NCBI RefSeq assembly: GCF_009834535.1
Contig: NC_045697.1
Coordinates: forward strand, 85,872,001-85,936,000
Direction: 5' to 3'
DNA length: 64,000 nt
From: Camelus ferus
Lineage: Eukaryota
A program made the translations under genes and the position numbers. The notes beneath the pieces were generated by a model. The model was not told where the DNA came from, did no database searches, and saw nothing but the letters and a program-made list of their open reading frames with translations. Shown one piece after another: positions 39,660 to 53,758 of this stretch; position 1 is the stretch's first letter, and each line of letters starts with the position of its first letter.

Positions 39660-40121
39660 AGTGTGCTCATTTCCAGCAGGTGTTGGAAACAAACGGGGTG
39701 GCTTAAAGGAACATAAATCTATTCTCTCATAGTTCTGGAGGCCAGAAGTGCAACATCGGTTTTCACTGGGCTGAAATCAAGTTCTAGGGAGAGTCACATT
39801 ACCTCGGGAGGCTCTAGGAGAGAAGGATCGGTTCCTGCCCGTCCCAGCCTCTGGTGGCTGCTGGAATCCTATGGTTTATAATCACAACACTACAATCTCT
39901 GCCTCTATGCTCACAATACCTTTCTCTCATAAGATCTCTCTCTGCCTCCTCTTGTAAGGATGCATGTGATTTTACTTAGGATAATCCAGAATATTCTGCC
40001 ATATCAAGATCCTTAATTTAGTCCCATCTGCAAAGGTTTTTTTTTGCCATAAGGTAACATCCACAGGATCCAGGGATTAGGACTTGGACATCTCCTGGGG
40101 GCTATGTGTTAGCCTACCACA
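39660..40121 (-). mobile_element. MaLR MLT1B/C/D-like solo LTR
   Basis: ggtggcttaaa...ttattctctcatagttctggaggccagaagt...agcctaccaca. Confidence 0.88.
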
Positions 40122-40159
40122 GTTAGGAAAAGAGTCAAGGTGCTGGCATCAAACGAATA

Positions 40160-40730
40160 AATAGCCCAAAGTTTGAAGCAGCCAAGATGTCCTTCAGCAG
40201 GTTACATAAATAAAGTGCAGTAATCTTACAATGGAATATTATCCACGGTAAAAAAATATATATATATTATCCACACACACATACAAAAAAAAATGGAGGA
40301 ACAACCATATCACAATCTGGAAAAGGCAAAACTATAGAGAGAATAAAAAGATCAGAGGTTGCCAGGGACACAGCAGGAGGAGGGTGGTAGTTGGAGCGAT
40401 GAATTAGGTGAAGCACAGATTTTTAGGGCAGTAAAACTAATCTATATGACACAGTAATGCTCAATACATAGCATTACACATTTAACAAAACTCATGAACT
40501 GTGTAACACAAAGAGTGAACACTACTGTAAACTCTGGGGTTCAGTTAATAATAATGTATTAATTTTGGTTCATCAGTTGTAACAAATGCATCACAACAAT
40601 GCAAGATGTTATTAATAGGGGAAACCGTGGTGCAGGGGGATGGATGGAAATAAATGGGAACTCTGTACTTTCTGTTCAATTTTCTGTAAACCTAAAACTA
40701 CTCTAAGAAATAAAGTCTATTAATTTCTTA
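40160..40730 (+). mobile_element. Old L1 (L1MB/MC-like) 3' end
   Basis: ggttcatcagttgtaacaaatgcatcaca...ttttctgtaaacctaaaactactcta. Confidence 0.85.
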
Positions 40731-41094
40731 AGTAGTAATGCATATGCTCAGCAGCAATAACAATAAGAGTAAACACAAGTCTCAACATCATTCAAATCAT
40801 TATAGCAGCTAATCCAGGTCTCTCCCTGATTCTGATGGGACACTGGACAAATCAGTGAATCTGTCACTGTACATAACATCATGAGAACAAAGATATGAAT
40901 AACCACAGACTATAAACATCAAAGTGTAATATCTATAAAACAAAATTTAAATAGCAAATAAGTTGCTTTATCTCAACCTTGCTTTCATCCCCAAATTCAC
41001 AATGTGCACAGGTAATAAAACTAATGTAAATATTACATTGTTTTCCCTTCCCCAGCCCACCTCTTGGAGAAGTGTTAAAAGTGAGAAGAGAATT

Positions 41095-44000
41095 AGACTT
41101 GACATTAAAGACCTGAAATCATAAAACGCCTAGACAAAACATAGGTGGTAAGATCCTTTGCATAGGTCTTGACAATGATTTGTTGGATTTGACACTGAAA
41201 GCAAAGGCAACAAAAGCAAAAATAAGTAACTGAGACGACATCAACCTAAAAAGTTTCTGCACAGCAAAGGAAACTGTCAACAAAATAAAAAGGCAACCTG
41301 CTGAATAGGAGAAAATATTTGCAAATTATACATCTGAGAAGATGTTAATATCCCAAATATATAAAGAATGTATACAATTCAAAAGAAAAAGTCAGATTAA
41401 TAAATGGGCAGAAGGAGGAGGTGTGTCCAAGATAGCAAAGTAGGAAGACCCGGGCTCACTCCCCCAGTGGGCACACCAAAATTACAGTCATTTACAAACC
41501 AATATCAATGAAAAATATCTGAAGCCTAGCAGAAAAGATTTTCCACAACTAAAGATATAAATAAAAACCACAGTGAAATTAAAGACAATTTGGCAAGCCC
41601 ACAGCTAACATCATACTCAACAGTGAAAAGCTGAAAATATTTCCTCTAATAACAGGAATACAAGAATGCCCACTCTCCCCACTTATATTTAACATAGTAT
41701 TGTAAGTAAGCCACAGTAATCAGACAAGATTGGAAAGGCATCCAGATTGGAAAGGAAGAAATAAAACTGTCACTCTTTGCAGATGACATAACACTACCTA
41801 TAGAAAATCTTTAAGATGCCACACACACACAAAAAAACTTCAGAACTAATAAATGAATTCAGTAAGGTTGCAGGATATAAAATTAGTATACAAAAACCTG
41901 TTGCATTTCTATACACTAACAAGAAAATATCAGAAATAGAAATTAAGAGAACTATTCCACTTACAAGTGAATCAAAAATAAAATACCTAGGAATGAATCT
42001 AATCAAGGAGTTAAAAACCAATACTTTGAAAACCATAAGACACTAATGAAAGAAACTGAAGATGACACAAGCAAATGGAAAGATACACCATGTTCTTGGA
42101 TTAGAAGAATTAATATTGTTAAAATGATCATACTACCCAAGGCAATCTACATATTCAATGCAATCTCTATTAAAATACCAATGTGATTTTTCACAGAACT
42201 AGAACAAATAACTCTAAAATTTGTATGGAAACACAAAAGACCCCAAATAGCCAAAACAAACTTGAGAGAGAAGAACAAAGATGGAGGTATCACACACCCT
42301 GGCTTACAACTATACTAGAAAGCTACAGTAAACAGTATATGCTGACACAAAACAAAAGAAATGTAAGATCAATGGAACAGAATAAGAGTCCAGAATAAAT
42401 CCACACTTACATATTCAATTCATCTATGATGAAGGAGGCAAGAATGTACAATGGGAAAGATAGCCTCTTCAATAAATGGATTTGGGAAAACTGGACAGCT
42501 ACATGCAAAAGAATCAAACTGGACTACTTACTCAACCCATACACAAAAATAAACTCAAAATGGATTAAAGACTTAAATGTAAGACTTCAAACCATAAAAA
42601 CTCCTAGAAGAGAACATAGGTAGTATGCTCTTTGACATTGGTCTTATCAATACTTTTTTGGATATGTCTCCTCAGGCAAGGGAAACAAAAGCAAAAATAA
42701 ATAAATGGGGCCACATCAAACTAAAAGTCTTTTTCAAGGTGAAGAAGCTATCAACAATAACTAAAGGAAGCTACTAACAAAGCTCATTCAGACTGCTGAA
42801 TGGGAGAAGACACTTGGCAAACAACATATCTGACAAGCGGTTAATATGTAAAATATACGATGAACTCATACATCTCAACATCAAAAAAACAAAGAACCTG
42901 GATGAAGAATGGGCAGAGGATCTGAAAAGGTATTTGTTCAAGTAAGACATAGATGGTCAACCGACACATGAAAAGATGCTCAACATCACTAATCACAAGG
43001 GAAATGCAAGTCAAAACCACAAGGACCTATCACCTCACACCTGTCAGAATGGCTCTCATTACAAAGACAATATTAACAAGCACTGGCTAGCATGTGGGAA
43101 AAAGGGAATCCTCCAGCATTCTTTGTCAGATTACAAATTGGTGCAGTCACTATGGAAAACAGCACAAAGTTTAATCAAAAAAATAAAAATAGAATTACCA
43201 TATGATCCATCAATTTCACTTCTGCATATTTACCTGAAGAAAACAAAAACACTAATTCAAAAGCATATATTCATGTTAATGTTCATTACAATATTATTTA
43301 CAAAAGCCAAGACATGGAAGTAACCTAAATGTCCATCAATATATGAATGGATAAAAAAGATGTGGTGTAGATAGATAAAAAGACAAAGAGATAGAATTAT
43401 GGATATACATACACAATGGAATATTACTCAGCCATAAAAAGAAAGAAATCTTGCCATTTGCAACAACATGAACGGATCTAGAGGGTATTATGTGTTAAGT
43501 GAAATAACTCAGAAAGACAAGTATCACATGATCTCAAATATATGTAGATTCTAAAACACAAAACAAAACAAAACAAAATGAAAAAACTCACAGATACAGA
43601 GAACAAACTAGTGGTTACCAGAAGGAAGGGGATTAGGGTGTGGGGAAAACAGGTGTAGGGGATTAAGATCTACAAACCTCTTGTTATATAAGTCACAGGG
43701 ATGTAAAACACAGCATAGGGAAAATGCTGTAACTTTATAATAACTTTGCATTGGAATAGATGGTTACTAGAATTAAAATGGTAATCATTTCATAACATAT
43801 GCAAATATTTAACCACTGTAATATACCTGAAACTAACACAATGTTGTACGTCAACTATATTTCAATTTTAAAAAATAAGCAGAGGATCTGAATAGACATT
43901 TTTTCCAAAGAAGATACACAGGTGGCCAAAAGGTATATGAAAAGATGCTCAACATCACTAATCAGCAGGGAAATGCAAATAAAAACCACAATGAGCTATC

Positions 44001-44898
44001 ACCTCACTCCTGTTAGAGTAACTGTCATCAAAAAGACAAGAAATAACAATATTGGAGAGGATATGGTGAAAAGGGAATCCCTGTACACTGTTGGTAGGAA
44101 TGGAAAATTGTGCAGCTAACACGGAAAACAGTTTGGAGGTTCCTCAAAAAATTAAAAATAGGACTACCATATGATCCAACAATTCTATTTTGAATTCATT
44201 ATTTGAAGAAAATGAAAACACTAATTCAGGAAGATGTATGCACCGCCATGTTCATTGCAGCGTTATTTATAATAGCCAAGATATGGAAACAGCCAAAATC
44301 TATCTATGGATGAATGGGTAAAGAAAATGTAGTGTGTGTGTGTGTTTGTGTGTGAATGTGTGTGTGTAAATGTTATTCAGCCATAAAAAATGAAATCTTG
44401 TCATTTGTGACAACATGGTTAGAACTTGAGCGCATTATGCTAAGTGAAGTAAGTCAGACAGAAAAAGATAAATACCGTAAGATCTCACATATGAAATGTA
44501 AAACAAAAATAAATAAAACAAATAAATCCAAGCTCATGGATACAGAGAATAAATTTTGGTTGCTCGAGACTGGGGTGGGGAGTGGTAGGTGAAATGGGTG
44601 AAGGGGAACAAAATGTATAAATTTCCAGTTATAAACTGAGTAAGTCATAGGGATGTAATGTATACTTAGTGACTATAGTTAATCATACTATGTTGCATAT
44701 TTGAAAGTAGCTAAGAATAGATCTTGAAAGTTCTCATCACAAGAAAAAAAATGTTTTGTAACTGTGTATGGTGATGGTTGTTAACTAGACTTATTTTGGT
44801 AATCATTTCACAATATATACAAATATTGAGTTGCTACGTTGTGCACCTGAAACTAATATAATGTTATGTCAATTATATCTCAATTTAAAAAAAAAAAG
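41095..44898 (+). mobile_element. L1 host element (41095-41412 and 43873-44898) split by a nested L1
   Basis: ORF2 resumes gcagaggatctgaatagac after the insert; 3'UTR and poly(A) at 44887-44897; internal (TG)n at 44332-44367. Confidence 0.9.
41413..43872 (+). mobile_element. Nested L1 with its 5' terminus (about 165 bp) fused to mid-ORF2 (large internal deletion)
   Basis: ccaagatagcaaagtaggaagacc 5'UTR start; junction at about 41580; imperfect TSD aaatgggcaga / aaataagcaga. Confidence 0.8.
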
Positions 44899-47289
44899 TG
44901 AGAAGGACCAAAAGGCAGACAAAAATAATGGATGAAAAAAAATGGGCTTGAGAAATTCACAAATCATACCCACAATTCCCCCGATTAGTTGTTCTTTAAA
45001 AATCCACCTTGCCCCAATCCAGTATCAGGAAATTGAAGGGGAAAAAAATCATCCTTTCAATTTGCATATGAATCTCTAACCTGGGGATGTGTAAGTAGGA
45101 GTGCAGCATGGCACAATATAATTAGCTCACTCCCACTGCAAGGCCAGTCTGACAGCACCTCCTTCAGAAGCCAGAGAAGATGGGGAGAAAAAGAGTTACT
45201 GAAAAAACACCAGAAAATAAATTCTTGAAACTAGGATGACTCTGTCCAATAATCATTTCTAATGACTATTTTGTCCTGGCATATTTATGCTGCTAAAATT
45301 TTCAGACACTTATTCTAAGCTTGCAACAACACGCTCACTTCTTTTCAAATGAAACTACAGTTTGGAACACTGTTGTATCAGTCACTCCGGGGGCCTCTGA
45401 ATTATACTATACCAATCAGAAAACAACATTACTCATTATAGAGTATTTTCAAAGGGATACCAGTTTCCCAGAACCCATCCCAAAAGAAAATACTCATTTT
45501 CAGCCTGCCCTATACAAAGGATGTTATGTACAAGTGAGATCTAGCACATTTTCTACACGATCGAGGATAGTTGGGAATCTGAGTGGTTACACTCTGCTAT
45601 TTCATTAAAATTCTGCCAATTTGAAGGAAGTAGCACTTTCTCAAGGGAAGGAAAACAAGTGCAGAGTTCCTACTGCAGATTGTCCTGGCATTCTATCTCC
45701 TGTGCCTGCAGTATGTTATGAGCAATATATTTGCAGAGTCACATCCAAGAAATACTGTTTTCAGTTCCTCCTTTAATCCTCTGGAGTTAGGATGTGCATC
45801 TCTTGAAACCCGCCTCTGCCCCATGATCTGCCTCACTCACAGACAGATGCAAAAACCACTAATCCCTAATTCCATCACTTGGTCCAGATACTCAAAAACA
45901 AGCCTCTCAATACAGACCTAATCAACTTCTTAGTTATTTTACTTTCACACCATGCAATTTGTAAATATCTATTTTTAAAATTTCTCGTCACTTCCTACCA
46001 TCATTATTCCAACACTCCTAAGAATATCCGAAATACCAGATTATATATTTCAAATGCTGTGTGTCACTTGCTTATAAGCACAGAGATTTTCTGGGCCATC
46101 ACAGACACGGAGAGCCCAGTCACCTCAAGCATAAGCAACGTGAGCAGGTGCTGCTTTGCGATTCTACGCACAGCTGTGGTGCTGCCAGATAGGCTGACTC
46201 TAATTCTCTCCTTCATAGTGATCGAATAGTAGTGAACTAGAAAGGAGAATGTGGTCCAGTTTCTCTTCCCTCTAGATTCATAATGATGCTTCATCAGCAC
46301 GATTAGGGGAACTATGAACCTCATTCTGTGGACCCTGCTGCCTGCATCGGGGGCATCTATTTTTTGCTCCAGGTCTTCTATTACTACAGTTTTAGTCTTT
46401 GCTTATACCCCATATGCAAAGTATTTGGATAACCAGCACTGAACCAGTTGATTTTCCGTGGAAGACTCTGCATCATTCATTCCACTTTCAGAACCATTTA
46501 TTACCTAGGACATGCCTGTTCTAGGCAATCAGGAAAGACCTGTAAACAAAACAGACAGGCATATCTTTCACCTGATAGGTTCTGAAAAATATAGCTTCCC
46601 ACGTTATTGCTGCTTTCAGAATCTTCCTTAAACTTGTCCTATACCTGCACTTTCTCTCCCAGATAAATTACCGACTAATAATCCTTGTCACTGTGGAAAG
46701 GTGACGGGCTTTAAACTCTTTTTAGGAGGGGTTTAGAGGTTTATGATCTGTGCTGAAAACAGCTGCCCTCGTTCAGCAAGCCATACAAGCCAGAACACTT
46801 TGTATTCATGCCACCATGTGCTTCTTTCCTCCCCTATGCCCATCCGTCTCAGGAGGTGTTTCTGCTTAACCACTGTAAGCCAACCACTGCTATGTGGCTG
46901 CTTTCAAGGTGCTAGAGATTCCTCATCTAGATGATCAAATCTCACTACAGGGAGAGGCAGTCAGTCCTTCCCTAACTTACAGAATGTAAGTAATCCCCGT
47001 GATGGGTCATTGCTCCATCTCCATAAACTTACAGTTGACAATGCTTAAATTAGGATATCGATTTGGGGTGGGGAAAGGGAGAGTGTCACAACATATTTAA
47101 TCTTTACTGTTTTGCCACCAAGGATATTACCAGGTAATAGACACACACAATTCCTCGCATCTGTTATTATAACATAGGATATTGTAATTCACACTTTCAC
47201 ATAAAAGCCAGCACAACCTTAAAGCTGGACTAGGTTAAAATCAAAATACCAATATTTTGGTACTCTTTCTTTTTTTTCTGGTACCCTTC

Positions 47290-47935
47290 TTAATTGACAA
47301 AAAAAAAAAAATGAAAACATCCCAACTATCCATCTACAGTGAAATACATGAATAAATTGTGGATTTTTACAATGGAAAACTACACAGTAATAAGAATGAG
47401 CAAACTACAAGTATATTCCACCATATTGATGAATTTCACAAACAAAATGTTGAGCAATAGAAATCAGACCCAAAAGAGTATATACTGTAATGATTCCATT
47501 TATAAGAAGTTCAAACACATATAGACAGAACTAATCTATAGTATTAGAAGTTAAAATAGTGGTCGGGAGGGGGAGAGTACAGCTCAGTGGAAGAGCATGT
47601 GCTTAGCATGCACGAGGTCCTGGGTTCAATCCCCAGTACCTCCATTAAAAAAAGAAAGAAAGAAAGAACCCTAATTACACCCCCCCCGAAAAAAAACAAA
47701 ACAAAAAACAAAAAGAAGTTAAAATAGTGGCTACCCATGCTGGAGGTTGCCGGGGCAGTGACTGGAAGGAAGGGTATGAGGGAAGTTTCAGAGGTGCTGA
47801 TTATGTTCTGTTTCCTACTCTGACAGCTGGTTGCACAGATGTGTTCTTTTCCTGAAAATTTATTGATGTGTAAACTTAAGATACCTGTATTTCCAGTATG
47901 TATTTTACATTTCAATAAAATTTATAAAAATTAAA
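47290..47935 (+). mobile_element. Old L1 3'UTR (L1ME/MC-like)
   Basis: gaataaattgtggatttttacaatggaaaactac...tattttacatttcaataaa. Confidence 0.8.
47563..47713 (+). mobile_element. Full-length tRNA-Ala-derived camelid SINE (Vic-1-like)
   Basis: A box cagctcagtgg, B box ggttcaatcc, A-rich tail; perfect 17-bp TSD agaagttaaaatagtgg (47546-47562, 47714-47730). Confidence 0.95.
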
Positions 47936-48799
47936 ACTATCATTAAATAACCTAAACAAATTTTAATCTAATATAATGATCACTTATTGATGAAAAACAA
48001 TAGATGCTAGTTTAATTTTTCATAATACTACCCAGATAACTTAGGACATTTGCAGCTGTGAAATTAAATCTTCACTGGTAACTGAAAATCAGTGACTGTG
48101 AAATAATTCATCTACCAAAAGCCTGTATAATAGTCAAGAAAACAGAAAAATTGGATGGTGTGAAAATTCATGTAAAAGTAGAGGCAATTTTCACTGCATC
48201 TTTATATTTGATAACTAATTCAAAAATTCATAGATTAAAATTTTAAGTAGCTCTGTGTATTATGACACTGACAATCAGATTTCTATCATACATTACCCAT
48301 TAAGTCAAACATAAAATAAATTTGAAGAGTGACATTTTTGGTATGCAATATTATAAAAGAGAATTTCATCAACTTCTACAGCTAACATTTTTAAAAAAGG
48401 CTTTCAGAACATTGTTATTTATAAAGATAAGAGACTAAAGTAACAGAAGGAGAGAGAAACAGATGATAACTAGAGTAGGTGCCAAGATTCCAGCACTGGG
48501 AGAGCTTGTGGTCTCCAGCCTCATCTCTTGCCACATGGCTCCTTTCATCAAAGATAAAATTCCCAGTCTACCCGGGCACTTTCATCTCCTTGAACTCATT
48601 ACGCTGTTTAATGTCAAGTGCCCCCTCTACACTGCATGCATCCCCATTCCCAGGTACCTGACAAACATTCAATTTAATTTCAAGATCCTACTCACCTTTC
48701 AGTTTTGGGTTTTTTTTAACCCCCACATTTCTCCTCTTACTCTGTCAGAAGGTACAACTTTCCCTTCCAGCTCACACTCTGCCCTACTGCACATTATTG

Positions 48800-48972
48800 C
48801 CACATCCCCTTAAGTACTTTTAGAGGGCTATTTTTATACTTTAACCCCAGGCAGTAAAGTAGTAGACAGCAGGCACCTCTGATTCGCTTTTGCATCCATG
48901 CCACTTAGCACAGTGACCGTGTCACTCAGTGCACCCCAGACATGGACAGTGTTCAGCAAATATTTCTTGAAT
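48800..48972 (+). mobile_element. L2 3' end
   Basis: cagtgcaccccagacatggacagtgttcagcaaatatttcttgaat. Confidence 0.6.
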
Positions 48973-51579
48973 TTCTAATACAAGAATGCTGTTCAACTGA
49001 AAATCTAACCTTCTGCTCAGATTAAACCAGCTGCACCAGAGCACATGAATTTAATAGGATTTAAAGGAAAGTCTTAAGAGACTCTGGGTTTTTAAATCTC
49101 ATCCTAGAGTTAAGTATGTTGATGAGTTCTTTCTGACACACATCCATCAATTAAGGATGATGAGTAGGAAGAGGGGGATTGAAATCCCCACAAGCAAACA
49201 ACCTGCTGTCACTTATCACATCAAAATATATAGCTCAAGAGATGTGAAACACATGGTAGAACACAAAACTGCTGTGTTCCCTGAACAGTCCTGGGATGGA
49301 GGGTAGAACCAAAGAGCATCTCATTTTTCTTTCTATTTTAAGCCTGTTTCCCAATCCCATCCTTCACCCCCACCCATAGGCAATCATTCTTTTAAGTTTA
49401 AAGTATGACTGGGTGTTCTGGACAAACGTATAGGGTTGTTTTGTGTCCATTTTTATTTTTCACAAATTACAGTTTGAGATACATATATATACATCCATAT
49501 ATAGAGATGGACAACATGCACATATATTTATGTTTCTTTTTCACTGTACGCCTATGCAGTGAGGCCCTCCACATTGCAATGTGTAACAACATAACTAACT
49601 GCCACATAGCACTCAGGGTTGCATCTAGCACCTCCTAACTATCTACTCCTTGCTACTGTCAACCACTTTCTACTAACTCTCAAACACTGCAAATAGTGCC
49701 CCATAAAGGTCCTCACACATGTCTCCTATGCAATATATGTAGACATTTCATTAAGATATACACCCAGGAGCAGAATTGGTACATCACAGGGTTTATACAT
49801 ATTTAATAGAACAAAGGATGACCTGTCCCAGTCTACGGTGGGTGCATAAGTCTACACATCGGTGCATAAGGATGCCTGTATTTCCACAGCACCAGCAATG
49901 CTTGGCAGTAAAAGCTTTAGTTACTAACAGCTTTGTTGAAACATAAATGACATAGAATATGTGTATATGAAATATACAACTAAGCTTTAAAATAGGTATA
50001 CATATGGGAAACTATCACCACAATCAAGATAATGAATCACTCTCAAGAGTGTTCTTAAGAACTTTTGTTGTCTTTCTAATTTCTATGTCACTGATTTCTG
50101 AACTGATCCTTCTTATTTTTCCTTGTGATTACTGTGGGTTTCATTTGCTCTTTTTATAGTTTCTTAAGTTGATGTTTTTGCTTGGAGAACTTTTTTTCTC
50201 TAATATAAGCATTTAGAACATTAAATTTCATCCTAAATACTGCTTCAGATATAGCCCACAAATTATGAAGTACTGACTTTCTAGTAAAATTGTTACTTAG
50301 TTTCCAAATATCTGGGGATTTTCTAGGTATCTTTCTGTGATTAATAACTACTTTCCTTCCATTATAATTACATTACATACTTTGTATGACTTGAATCTTT
50401 TTAAATTTAATTGAGACTTGTATTATGGCCCGGGCTATGATCTATCTTGGTAAATGTTCCATGAGTATTTGAAAAGGACTCATGTCCTACAATTGTTAGC
50501 CTGAGTGGTCTGTAAATGTCAATTTGGTTCATAGAGCAGTTTAAGTGATTTCTTACTGATTTTCTGTCTATTTGCTCTTTCAGTTATTGAAAGATAGCTT
50601 GAAATTTGCAACTAGAACTATTGCTTTGTCTATTTCTCCTTTTTTTTTGCTTCGTGTATTTTGAAGTTCTGTTATTAGATGCATAAATATTTAGGACTGT
50701 TAAATTCTCTTGATGAATTGATACTCTCATTCTGAAAAAGCCCTCTTTATCCCTTATAACAGTTGTATCTGAAATCTACTTTGTCAGCTATAAATATAGC
50801 AAGTCCAGATTTCTTTGGATTGGTGTTAGCATGGTTAATCTGTCTTTTGGACAGCTTATATTTAAAGTGATTATCAATATGATTGAACTTAAATCTATCA
50901 TCTTGTAATTTGTTTTCTACTTGTCCTGTTCTTTGGTTTCTTTTTTTCTCTTTTTCTGCCTTCTTTTGGATAAACTGAGTAATTATTAATGATTTCACTT
51001 TATCTTTTTTGTTGGTGGTGGTTTGTTTTGTTATTTTTTGTGGTTGCTGTAGAATTTATAGTATACATCTTTAACTTACCAACTCTGCCTCCAAGTGATA
51101 TTATTCAACTTCATGCATAATATACTTCTTTCTCTGTTCTTGGGTTTTTGCTGTTGTCAGACATTTTCCTTCCACATATGTTATAACCCCCAAAATACAT
51201 TGTATTACTGTTGCTTTAAACAGTCAATTATATTTTAAAGAGATTTAAATAAGAAAAAAAATGTGTATTTACCCACATGTTTACTACTTCCAGTGCTCTT
51301 CATTTGTGAAGCTCTAAATTTCCATCTTGTATCATTTTCCTTCTGCCTCAAAGATTTTCTCTAACACTTTTATATTGCAGGTCTGCTACTGACAGATTAT
51401 TCAGTTTTTGTATCTCTGACAAGGTCTTTGTTCTGATTTCTGAAAGATATTTTCATAAGCATCTAAATCTGGTTGACAATATTTTCTTTTAGTTATTAAA
51501 GATTTTGCTTCACTGCTTCTAGCTACATTGTTTCTGATGAGAAATCTGCTATCAACTTTATTTTTCTCTCTATATATTC

Positions 51580-51830
51580 TTTTTAGTATAATTATAGTTT
51601 ATTGATTTTTCTCAAAACATCTAGTACTTTTCAATGAAGCCAAAGTTTCAAGTACCTTTCTGCAGTAATTTCAAACCTCCTCTCAAACTGTAAACAAAGA
51701 TTTTTTTTTTCCTACATAGTTTCATGAATATGAAGCACTACATATTATTATGAGGATCAGGCTTTCTAGGACAGCAAAAAGGAAATGTAATTACAGATAA
51801 AATCATCATCCAAAGTAATACAAAGAAATC
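51580..51830 (-). pseudogene. Candidate retrocopied mRNA 3' end inside an old L1
   Basis: About 250 bp of non-L1 insert; minus-strand AATAAA (51598-51603) about 14 nt before a short A run; host L1 resumes on both sides. Confidence 0.35.
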
Positions 51831-53490
51831 TTTCTTTTCTGTAGCTGCTTTTTAAGATTTTTCTCTTTTTCACCAATTTTATACAGCTTGATTCTGGTAT
51901 GTCTTGGTATAGTTTTCTTTATATTTCTTGTGCTAAGAGTTGAACATCTTGTAGCTGCTCAACTCAGGGTCTCTCCTGGGGTAACTTTCCCTGCACTGTG
52001 GCCTGGACACTCTCTCCAGTTAATAAGATGGTGAAATACTGGTGTCACCTCTTTTGTTTCCTGACTGTCAAGGATCATTATCCCTTGTTTCAAGGTCTCC
52101 TGAAACACAATTTTGATAATCATTGTCTCATATATTTTGTCCAAAATATTAGTTGTTTCAGGCAAGAGGGTAAACCCAGTCCCTGCTGCCCTATTTGGTT
52201 GGAAACAGGAGTCCCATCTTTGTGTTTCATAGCTGTGTAGTGATAACTCATTTTAACTTAAATTTCTGATTATAAATGGGTTTCTCTTCATATGTACGAT
52301 AGCCTTTCTGTTTCCCTCTCTGTAAAATGACTATTTGTATCTTTTGCTGATTTTCAATTTGCTCTTTTTTTCAGGAGCCTATTTTTCAGCTTCTTGAATA
52401 TTTTAGATACTAGTCCTTAGTGAGCTTTATATATACAAAATATTTACTCCCATTCCATCATCTGTCCCTTAACTGTCTACTTATTAATAACTATTCCATT
52501 CTTCAACTGCGTAACAACTATCCTTCATTAGCAAAAAAAAATCTTATTTTTTAATTAAAGTCAAACTTGTTATACAATTTGTTTTTAAAGTTTTCTTTAG
52601 CAAATCCTGCTTTGATTTGTCTCCAGTTTACAAAGGATCTCCAACATATTTTCCTATTAACTCTACAATTTTACCTTCACACCTAAGTCTGTAATCCATC
52701 TTAAAGTCCATGTGGTATCAGGTATTTCATTCCATATAGTTAACCAATTTCCCTATACATTTAATGTAGCTTCCCCCGTTTATTTGTGGTGCCATATTTT
52801 TGTATGTTAACTCACTTCATATGCATATACTTTTTTAAAGAAGTCTTTTATTTATTTATTTTTTTTGATCTACAGGTCAGTTGTTATGCCAAAGTCTCAT
52901 TTTTTTTTTTATTATGCTGCTTTGTAGTTTTTCAGTCTCAGTAGCTGGTAGGTATTAAGAACCTCAAACAAATTCAAGTGGAATTTTGACTTTGGAAAAT
53001 ATACATCTTTAGGGTACTGAACATCCTTTTAAAGATCATGTATCCATTTACTCAGATCATCTTCTGTGTCCTTTATTAGTGCCTTAACATTTTAGAGTTT
53101 TATATATTCTTGGCTAAATAAATTTGCTGTATTCTTGGCTAACTAAAGTCCCTGATATAGTAAACTCTTTGTTGCTAATGGATAATATCTAAATTTTACT
53201 GTATTTTAATTTAGTTCCTGTTGGTGTAGAGAAATTCTGTTGACTCTGTTTTACTTTTTATTTTGAAATAATTCTAGGTTCACAGAAGTTCACAGCCAGT
53301 CATATGCAGCCTTTTCTAGCCTCTCCCAATGTTAACATCTTATTCAACTAAAGTACAATATCCAAAGAAACTGACACTGGTATAATCCATACAGCTTATT
53401 CATATTTCATCAGTTACACATGCACTTGTGAGTGTACATGCACGTAGCTCTGTTAAATGTTATCATCTATACACAGTTACAAGAGCACAA

Positions 53491-53758
53491 GTATTATATT
53501 TGCTTTAAGGTTTTGGCAAATAAGTTTTACCACATTAAGGAAGCTCCCTTCTATTCCTAACACTTCAAAAAATTCATTTTAAATAACTGTTGTACCATAT
53601 CAAGTGCCCTTTCTGTACCATCTGAGATAATTATATTTCTCTATTAATATTTTAATGTGATGAATTACATAAATAGATTTTCTGATGTAAAATCATCCTG
53701 CATAACTATAATAGAACTTACCTGATCACGTATTCTGGCTCACATAATTGGATTCAGT
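53491..53758 (+). repeat. Dispersed direct duplicate of 55789-56054
   Basis: Colinear copies of about 267 bp sharing ttttaccacattaaggaagctccctt and ending ggattcagt. Confidence 0.9.

Noticed and set aside
47568..47645. tRNA-Ala gene
   Set aside because: Followed by the SINE tail and enclosed by a 17-bp TSD; it is a SINE head
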